Below are positions 25,766 to 32,000 of a stretch of 32,000 nucleotides of DNA, one piece after another. The DNA lies in assembly GCF_009557235.1 (NCBI RefSeq), contig NZ_CP045650.1, positions 720,001 to 752,000 on the forward strand. The letters run 5' to 3'. The stretch is from Acinetobacter wanghuae (GTDB taxonomy: Bacteria; Pseudomonadota; Gammaproteobacteria; Pseudomonadales; Moraxellaceae). Positions within the stretch are counted from its first letter, which is position 1; each line of letters begins with the position of its first letter. Made by a program: the position numbers and the translations under genes. The notes under the pieces are model-generated. The model was not told where the DNA came from, did no database searches, and saw nothing but the letters and a program-made list of their open reading frames with translations.

Positions 25766-26551
25766 ATGTCTGAAGAAAAAGTACAAGGTGGTGTGCAATC
25801 TCTTGAGGTTGGCTTAGGTGTATTGGATGCGCTGATTGCTCATCGTAACCCGATGATGCTGAAAGAATTGGCAGAAGCATTACAGATGCATCCTGCAAAA
25901 GTGCACCGTTATGTGGTGAGTTTGGTGCGTATGAACTATGCGCAGCAATTGCCTGATGGGCGTTATGGCTTGGGTGATCAAGCATGGCGTTTAGGGTTGC
26001 AATGTATTCAACGTACCGATGTGATCCAAGCAGTACAGTCTTATATTTACGCATTACACCGCGATATTCAGTGCGGTTTGCAAATCAGTCGTTGGTCATC
26101 ACAAGGCCCATTGATTGTACAGTTTATGGAACCTGATCAACCGGTATCTGTCATTACCCGTGTCGGTTCCATCATGCCATTGCTCAATTCGGCAACGGGT
26201 CGTGCGTATGCGAGCTTTATGCCTGAAAACGTTGTGCGTCCAATTTTAGAACGTGAATGGCTTGAGAAACAAAAACAAGGTTTGTCGGTGTATCCTGCAA
26301 ACTGGAACGAATTTTTAGAACTGAAGCAGGGCATTGTAGCGAAAGGCGCAGCGACTGTTTCAGGGGATATGTTGGCAGGTGTAAACTCATTCTGTGTACC
26401 GATTTTTAATGTACATGGTGAAATTGAGTTTTGTATTGCAGCATTAGGCAGTGAAGCCTGTTTACCGATGGATTTCGAAAATGAAAAGGTTCGAACGCTT
26501 AAGGAAACAGCACAAAAAATTACCGCCTTTATCAGCAAAGGACAAGCTTAG
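25766..26551 (+). CDS. IclR-family transcriptional regulator (HmgR-like)
   Basis: The protein is 261 aa with an N-terminal wHTH (VQSLEVGLGVLDALIAHRNPMMLKELAEALQMHPAKVHRYV) and a C-terminal IclR effector domain. It is divergent from the fahA operon. Confidence 0.85.
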   Translation: MSEEKVQGGVQSLEVGLGVLDALIAHRNPMMLKELAEALQMHPAKVHRYVVSLVRMNYAQQLPDGRYGLGDQAWRLGLQCIQRTDVIQAVQSYIYALHRDIQCGLQISRWSSQGPLIVQFMEPDQPVSVITRVGSIMPLLNSATGRAYASFMPENVVRPILEREWLEKQKQGLSVYPANWNEFLELKQGIVAKGAATVSGDMLAGVNSFCVPIFNVHGEIEFCIAALGSEACLPMDFENEKVRTLKETAQKITAFISKGQA

Positions 26552-26639
26552 CCGCTTGTATGAATGCAGCACCTGATGTATGCATTGAATCAACATGTCC
26601 TCAGCGTGAATATCGATTCAATTTAAAGACCTGAACAGA

Positions 26640-26668
26640 AACCCCGAAGGATGCTTTGGGGTTTTTTT
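26640..26668 (+). terminator. Intrinsic terminator after the IclR gene
   Basis: The sequence is AACCCCGAAG-GATG-CTTTGGGGTT followed by a T run. Confidence 0.7.
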
Positions 26669-26774
26669 CCTGTTCTATTTAAGAAAATATATTGATTTAA
26701 ATCATAATTATAAAAGATTACCCATCTTCTATTTTTGGGCTAGAATAAGATAAATTGATTTGAGAGTTATTGTG

Positions 26775-26897
26775 ATGTTTGATTTTTTGAAAAAGAAAAA
26801 TAAAGCCAGTTTTGTATTTTTTATTATCACACTCTATGCTCTGATTGGTTTTAGTTTGGGGTATATCATTTGGGAATTTTTCCTTTCTGTAGATTGA
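26775..26897 (+). CDS. Possible small (40 aa) single-TM protein
   Basis: The translation is MFDFLKKKNKASFVFFIITLYALIGFSLGYIIWEFFLSVD: a basic N-terminus plus one hydrophobic helix. The SD site is weak, and the ORF is below the ORF-track size cutoff. Confidence 0.2.
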   Translation: MFDFLKKKNKASFVFFIITLYALIGFSLGYIIWEFFLSVD

Positions 26898-27417
26898 TCA
26901 AATAAACGTGCTGAGAACGAGTAGATCAAAATGATAAATGTTTTGGTCTTTTTTATTTTAAATATACGAAAACTATTTATACAGCAAGGCAACTTATGGC
27001 ATCCGATTGATGAACTAAATATATGACGAAGAGAATAGAGTTTTTCAAAACGGCTACACTATTTAAGTAAACAGCACGATATTATTTTCAAGTCAAATTT
27101 TTAGAAGTGTATGAAATATAGCGATAGCTTGATCATTTGAATCTATACATGATGTTCCTATGATGATTTTCATAATCGATATTCAGCTATTTCATTCAAT
27201 TATTTAAATTATAGCAGTGTCCGGTTGTCATAAAATTTATAAAGTAGTTAACTATTTTTTTGATAAACGAAAAAATGTAAATTAAGAAAGCCTAAAGGCT
27301 TTTAGATGAAAATATAAGCTCTATTAATTTGTCATCATTTAATGACGATCCACATATTAAAAACAGTGTCGCGCTTGATGTTCACATAGCACCTAGCGTC
27401 TATTCAGGAGAATATAG

Positions 27418-28866
27418 ATGCAACTCAATCATCCAGATCTACTCAAACAACAAGTCTACATTGATGGTGTATGGCTTGATGCTGCAGATCAAAAAACCAT
27501 TGCAGTGACGAATCCTGCAACGGGTCAAGAAATTGCGACTGTTCCGAGTGTTTCAGCACTACAAGTTGAACAAGCAGTACAAGCAGCTGAATCAGCACTT
27601 AAAACTTGGAAATTAACAACAGCGAAAGAGCGTTCAACACTGCTTCGTAAATGGTTTAATTTAATCGTTGAAAACCAAGAAGACTTGGCTGTGATTTTAA
27701 GTACTGAACAAGGTAAACCATTGGCTGAAAGTCGTGGCGAAATCCTGTACGGTGCAAGCTTTATTGAATGGTTTGCTGAAGAAGCAAAACGTACTTACGG
27801 TGATGTTATTCCTCACGATAAACAGGGTCGTCGTTTGGTAGTCATCAAACAACCTGTCGGTGTTGTTGCTGCAATTACACCATGGAACTTCCCGAATGCG
27901 ATGATCACACGTAAAGTGGGTCCTGCGTTAGCTGCGGGTTGTACTGTCATTATTAAACCAGCCTCAGAAACTCCACTTTCTGCTTTGGCTTTGGTTACAC
28001 TTGCTGAACAAGCGGGTATTCCGAAAGGCGTAGTTAACGTGGTGACAGGTAGTTCACGTGAAATTGGTGGTGTATTAACGACACATCCAGCCGTGAAAAA
28101 AGTATCGTTTACAGGTTCTACAGGTGTCGGTAAATTGTTGATGGAACAATGTTCTTCAACAATGAAAAAAGTCAGCATGGAATTGGGCGGTAATGCACCG
28201 TTTATCGTGTTCGAAGATGCAGACTTAGATAAAGCGGTTGAAGGTGCAATTGCCTCTAAATTCCGTAACTCAGGTCAAACTTGTGTATGTACCAACCGAA
28301 TCTTGGTTCAAGAAAACATCCACGATGCCTTTGTAGAGAAACTCTCTAAAGCAGTTCAAGCATTGAAAGTTGCACCTGCATTTGAGGCAGGCGCTGAGCA
28401 AGGTCCTCTCATCAACGAGAAATCGGTTGAGAAGATTGAAGAACACATTGCAGATGCTGTGGCAAAAGGTGCGAAAATTGCTGTTGGTGGTAAGCGTCAT
28501 GCACTCGGTCAAACCTTCTTTGAGCCGACACTTTTGACAGATGTGACAGCTGATATGCTGGTTGCTAAAGATGAAACGTTTGCACCGCTTGCACCTGTAT
28601 TTAAATTTAAGACAGATGAAGAAGCAATCTTCATGGCAAATGACACTGAGTTTGGTCTCGCGTCTTATATTTATACTGAAAGTTTAAGTCGTGCGTGGAA
28701 AGTGGGTGAAGCACTTGAATATGGCATGGTGGGGATTAACGAAGGTTTAATTTCAACTGAAGTTGCACCATTTGGTGGGATTAAAGAATCAGGTTCAGGT
28801 CGTGAAGGTTCTAAATACGGTATTGAAGATTATTTAGAGATTAAATATATGTGTATGGGCATCTAA
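27418..28866 (+). CDS. gabD: Succinate-semialdehyde dehydrogenase (NAD(P)+)
   Basis: The protein is 482 aa and appears co-linear with my recollection of E. coli GabD. Shared segments include ITPWNFPNAMITRK, catalytic ELGGNAP, FRNSGQTCVC and EGSKYGIEDYLEIKYMCMG. An SD site (AGGAG) is present. Confidence 0.9.
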   Translation: MQLNHPDLLKQQVYIDGVWLDAADQKTIAVTNPATGQEIATVPSVSALQVEQAVQAAESALKTWKLTTAKERSTLLRKWFNLIVENQEDLAVILSTEQGKPLAESRGEILYGASFIEWFAEEAKRTYGDVIPHDKQGRRLVVIKQPVGVVAAITPWNFPNAMITRKVGPALAAGCTVIIKPASETPLSALALVTLAEQAGIPKGVVNVVTGSSREIGGVLTTHPAVKKVSFTGSTGVGKLLMEQCSSTMKKVSMELGGNAPFIVFEDADLDKAVEGAIASKFRNSGQTCVCTNRILVQENIHDAFVEKLSKAVQALKVAPAFEAGAEQGPLINEKSVEKIEEHIADAVAKGAKIAVGGKRHALGQTFFEPTLLTDVTADMLVAKDETFAPLAPVFKFKTDEEAIFMANDTEFGLASYIYTESLSRAWKVGEALEYGMVGINEGLISTEVAPFGGIKESGSGREGSKYGIEDYLEIKYMCMGI

Positions 28867-28891
28867 CTTTAGATTCGCTCAGGCATTTAAA

Positions 28892-28919
28892 ATAAGGACT
28901 TTCGAGTCCTTATTTTTTT
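28892..28919 (+). terminator. Intrinsic terminator after gabD
   Basis: The sequence is ATAAGGACT-TTCG-AGTCCTTAT followed by TTTTTT. Confidence 0.75.
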
Positions 28920-29629
28920 GTTTTTACAAAAGAAAAATAATGTAGATGCTAAATATTCTATTTTCTTTGATGAGCTCTACGAGATGATTGGGTATGCTAT
29001 TAATACATAAAATATATCAGGATAGACTTAAAATATATTAATTAGGTGGGTGTAAATTATGATGATCAAATGTGGTTTTGATCGTTATTCTTGAATTAAT
29101 CATTCATTTGAGTGTCTAGAAATCAAATCTATAAATCAATTTATCATATTCACATCACTTAATATCGAGCTGATTAAAACAATTTAAAGAGTCGATCGAG
29201 CCTAAGACAGTCACTTTTTCTTATTTTAAGATAGCTTTTAACTATAACCAAAAATGCCAAAAAACTGATTAAAAGATATGTATATCATATTAATAATATA
29301 ACCATTTGATATATAAGAAAATATATTTTTAAGAAAAATTAAAGAATAAAATTATAAAAAGAAGAGATAGATCTATTTTCTATTATTGGCATGGGTGTTT
29401 TTGACAGTGTTTTTTTAGCTATTCTTTTTGGGAATCGCACTCAAAAAATGGCTGTTGAACTAAAGTATCATTACGTTAAATATATGTTAATTAATAGAAT
29501 AATAGAGTAGATCAAGCTAGGCTGAGAAATACCCTTTAAAGCGTGGAAATTACATTTATCTGAGACGGTCAGATATTTGAAAATCATAACCAGAATTAAG
29601 TAATTCTGAAAAAGTAAAAGGATTTTACC

Positions 29630-29951
29630 ATGAGTCAACATGACAGCGAACACAGCGATATTCAATTGATAGGATTTCACGAATCTTTATCACCGCAATT
29701 ACTACGTATGATTTATTCAAACAGATGAACAGCAACCTGTTGAATCTCCAAAAATCATTATTCAAGTTATTCATCAATTTTCTGAAAAGATAAGCTCTGT
29801 GACAGTCAATCAATCTATGTGTTTGGCATTATTAAAAAATGACGAATGCATGTTTGATGTCATTATTGAACAATTTACTCAGTTGAAGTGTGGCTTAGCG
29901 CTCGGCTATAAAACATCGACTGGTTTGCCAAAGCTTTGGTTATTAAATTAA
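29630..29951 (+). pseudogene. Possible frameshifted small gene (about 107 codons if repaired)
   Basis: A good SD site (AAAGGA) lies 7 nt before ATG 29630. The frame gives MSQHDSEHSDIQLIGFHESLSPQLLRMIYSNR, then TGA at 29726. The +1 frame is open from 29712 to the TAA at 29949-29951 (…EQQPVESPKIIIQVIHQFSEKISSVTVNQSMCLALLKNDECMFDVIIEQFTQLKCGLALGYKTSTGLPKLWLLN). I recognise no family. Confidence 0.25.
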
Positions 29952-30099
29952 ATCAAAGAATCATCGTGCAACCAAAGACTATCGTTGTAACGATATGGAT
30001 GAATGACGAGTCATCGTTGAATATCCGTTAGCTTTTTAGTATTTTTTCAAAAAGTTGCTAGAATATTTATTATATGAATACAATTGCCAACTTTTATTT

Positions 30100-30525
30100 A
30101 TGAAAAAAATACGACCTTCTTTAACCTTAGCATTACTTGAGGCGCGTGAAGCCTTAATGACGCATTTTCGCCCTGAGTTAAATGATGTCGGTTTGACTGA
30201 ACAACAATGGCGAATTATTCGGACGCTGGCAGAGTTTGATGAACTTGATAGCACAACACTTGCCGATAAAGCCTGCATTTTGAAACCAAGTTTGACTGGT
30301 ATTATTCATCGGTTGCTAGAAACAGGACTAATTATTCGTCGTCGCTCTGAGCAAGATCAACGCTTTAGTTATATTTCGTTGAGTGATGCCGGACATAGCA
30401 TGTTTGCCGAAATGTCGGTACGTATGGAACAACGTTATCAGCATATTCAAGACCGTTTAGGCACTGAGAAAATGGAGCAGCTTCTCGTATTGTTAAAAGA
30501 TGCGAAAGCGCTGAAACGTGACTAA
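30100..30525 (+). CDS. hpaR: MarR-family regulator, HpaR-like (homoprotocatechuate operon repressor type)
   Basis: I prefer ATG 30100. SLTLALLEAREALMTHFRPELNDVGLTEQQWRIIRTLAE...ACILKPSLTGIIHRL closely resembles my recollection of E. coli HpaR (SLTIALLQAREAAMSYFRP...LTEQQWRIVRILAE...ACILRPSLTGIL). Confidence 0.75.
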   Translation: MKKIRPSLTLALLEAREALMTHFRPELNDVGLTEQQWRIIRTLAEFDELDSTTLADKACILKPSLTGIIHRLLETGLIIRRRSEQDQRFSYISLSDAGHSMFAEMSVRMEQRYQHIQDRLGTEKMEQLLVLLKDAKALKRD

Positions 30526-30552
30526 GCTAAGCCTTTTGATTGTGCTGATTAT

Positions 30553-30584
30553 AAAAAATGCCTGATTGATTCAGGCATTTTTTT
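30553..30584 (+). terminator. Intrinsic terminator after the HpaR-like gene
   Basis: The sequence is AAAAAATGCCTGA-TTGAT-TCAGGCATTTTTTT. Confidence 0.7.
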
Positions 30585-30707
30585 CAGATCTTTAACATAT
30601 GACGATCAAAGCGGATCATTTAAATTAAATTGATAAAGATAGGCAAGATTAAATCAGGTTGAACATGCAGTTCCCAGCAATAAAAAATGACCGATACCGC
30701 TTAAAAC

Positions 30708-30902
30708 TTAAAGCTCACGCCACACATCATTTTCATCTTTTAGAGAAACCGTAAAATTAAATGAATCGTCTGTACTGACCAGTAATGAAGTCGGGGTATG
30801 CATGACCACTTTTAAAACCGTACCTGCTTCAAAGATCAATGGTTCGCAATTTTCTTTTTCCAACGTGATAGGCTTGAGTAATTCAATGACCGAGCTTTCC
30901 AT
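30708..30902 (-). CDS. Small hypothetical protein (64 aa from ATG 30902)
   Basis: ATG at 30902 is preceded by GGGGA; the ORF track instead uses TTG at 30917. I recognise no motif. Confidence 0.35.
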   Translation of the reverse strand: MESSVIELLKPITLEKENCEPLIFEAGTVLKVVMHTPTSLLVSTDDSFNFTVSLKDENDVWREL

Positions 30903-31386
30903 TTTTTCATTCCCCAATAGATGTTGGTATTTTTCGCAGATGATAGCATGCTTTGACCCAAAAAATGAGCCTGTTTATCGCTTGATATTGTGAAATTGTA
31001 GCGACTTAAGTCTAAGAATTATAAAAATAATCATGACAAATGTATTGGTCATATCGTATTAATTCTGTACTTGTTCTCAGCCACGCATCATCAGGAAATT
31101 TAATACAGCTTGTAATACAAATATGGTTCTTTCACCCATTAGATGAACTTCATTGCATCTGATTTAACGCCACTCATTCAACCGTGTATTGATACCATTG
31201 CTCGCTCAAAATGCTAAATTTCTTGGCTTTCATTAAATTAATCAACGTCATCTTCCATCTTTCAGCTATATTGTGATGCATAGATCCCGTTGCCATAAAT
31301 TTGAAGATTAGTGCAGTATTTCCCTTAAAAAATAATAAACTATCTTTTTTACGTTGAAATAAAAGAATAAGGAGTATTCACCGAAC

Positions 31387-32000
31387 ATGTTTAAGTCGTT
31401 TTTCCCAAAGCCAGTCTGGTTTTTTAGCAGTTTGGTGCTATGGTTTGTGATTAATTTATGGCTTTGGCACAGTGGCGGCTCAGGATGGGGCAGCTACGTA
31501 GGTTTTGCTAAAGACTACCACGAGGTGACATTACCGATTGGTGTGAGCCGATTCTGGTCAGCGCAATTTCTTTGGTTCTATTTGTGGTATTTCGTTGCAA
31601 CGGTTTTATTTGCATGGTTTTGGCATGTTAAAGCACATCATCCATGGCAACGTTGGTCGATTTGGGGGTCTTCTTTCATTCTGTTTAACATTTGGTTTGG
31701 TGTCCAAGTCAATGTCGTGCTGAATGAATGGTACAGCCCATTTTATGATTTAATTCAAAAAATGCTGACCAGTGGTGGAGGTGATGTACAGTCACTCTAC
31801 AGTGGAGCGGTGACTTTCATATATATCGCGATGGTTTATGTCACTTTGGCGGTGTTTAACCTGTTCTTTGTGAGCCATTATGTGTTCCGTTGGCGTACCG
31901 CAATGAATGACTATTATACGGCGCATTGGGAGCAGTTACGTCATATCGAAGGTGCATCACAGCGTATTCAAGAAGATACAATGCGTTTTGCACGTACCAC
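31387..32000 (+). CDS. sbmA: Peptide antibiotic transporter SbmA (SbmA/BacA family); 5' part, runs off the window
   Basis: An SD site (AAGGAG, 31369-31374) precedes ATG 31387. MFKSFFPKP...FFVSHYVFRWRTAMNDYYTAHWEQLRHIEGASQRIQEDTMRFA is nearly co-linear with my recollection of the E. coli SbmA N-terminus. It is absent from the ORF track because there is no stop codon before the window end. Confidence 0.85.
   Translation, partial: MFKSFFPKPVWFFSSLVLWFVINLWLWHSGGSGWGSYVGFAKDYHEVTLPIGVSRFWSAQFLWFYLWYFVATVLFAWFWHVKAHHPWQRWSIWGSSFILFNIWFGVQVNVVLNEWYSPFYDLIQKMLTSGGGDVQSLYSGAVTFIYIAMVYVTLAVFNLFFVSHYVFRWRTAMNDYYTAHWEQLRHIEGASQRIQEDTMRFART

Noticed and set aside
27289-27306. Small hairpin AAAGCC-TAA-AGGCTTT upstream of gabD
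   Set aside because: The stem is 5-6 bp with only a short T run and no upstream gene to terminate, so it is probably incidental.
22615-28512. Antisense ORFs 22615-22806, 23085-23432, 25740-26054, 26137-26538, 27813-28178 and 28270-28512
   Set aside because: Each overlaps a well-supported gene on the other strand (scoA, VOC, IclR, gabD). None has a motif or an independent start signal.
28920-29630. Very AT-rich gap, checked for CRISPR-like or tandem repeats
   Set aside because: I could see no regularly spaced direct repeats of 24-40 nt, only low-complexity A/T runs.
29471-29813. Minus-strand ORFs 29471-29680 and 29625-29813
   Set aside because: They lie in AT-rich DNA with hydrophobic or odd composition and no SD site. 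They also overlap the better-supported, though frameshifted, plus-strand frame.
30055-30099. Upstream start at 30055 for the HpaR-like gene
   Set aside because: The extra 15 residues (MLEYLLYEYNCQLLF) are encoded in AT-rich promoter-like DNA. ATG 30100 aligns with the N-terminus of the HpaR proteins I recall.
30802-30993. Plus-strand 63-aa ORF overlapping the small minus-strand hypothetical gene
   Set aside because: It has no start context and an odd composition. The minus-strand ORF has the better SD site, though it too is low confidence.
31174-31296. 40-aa minus-strand ORF (MATGSMHHNIAERWKMTLINLMKAKKFSILSEQWYQYTVE) upstream of sbmA
   Set aside because: It is short, has no SD site or motif, and lies in the sbmA promoter region.

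Overview
The gene content and AT-rich codon usage suggest a chromosome of an Acinetobacter-like gammaproteobacterium; that assignment is inference, since no search was possible. The window has two parts.

**Accessory segment (about 1-13.9 kb).** This part looks visibly more AT-rich and reads like a defence island. It holds three units:
- A translationally coupled operon of bacterial dynamin-like GTPases. One dynamin appears split into a P-loop fragment (LeoC-like) and a GYF-fused remainder (LeoB-like), followed by a complete LeoA-like dynamin. An unusual DUF805-membrane / FKBP-isomerase fusion protein comes last.
- A class II Fic protein on the minus strand.
- A tightly overlapping four-gene operon at 7093-13590. 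It encodes a 1258-aa SMC/MukB/JetC-like ATPase, two proteins with no motif I can recognise (212 and 410 aa), and a compact 286-aa JetD-like Toprim protein. The parts list resembles Wadjet/MksBEFG, but the gene order (ATPase first) and subunit sizes are non-canonical. This is my top candidate for an undescribed or at least uncatalogued system.

The segment ends near a short fragment that looks like the 3' acceptor end of a tmRNA or tRNA (CCATCTCCACCA) followed by a weak terminator. That is the pattern expected at the distal att site of an integrated island.

**Core catabolic segment (about 14.4-32 kb).** This part looks like ordinary core aromatic catabolism:
- A LysR regulator divergent from a 3-hydroxybenzoate/gentisate operon (gentisate dioxygenase, FAD hydroxylase, GST-zeta isomerase, FAH hydrolase, MFS transporter).
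- A PcaC-like decarboxylase.
- A convergent fahA-maiA-VOC-scoA-scoB operon with a divergent IclR regulator. No canonical hmgA is present.
- gabD, an HpaR-like MarR regulator, a small hypothetical gene, and the 5' part of sbmA.

I found no rRNA genes, complete tRNA genes, CRISPR arrays, transposases or integrases.
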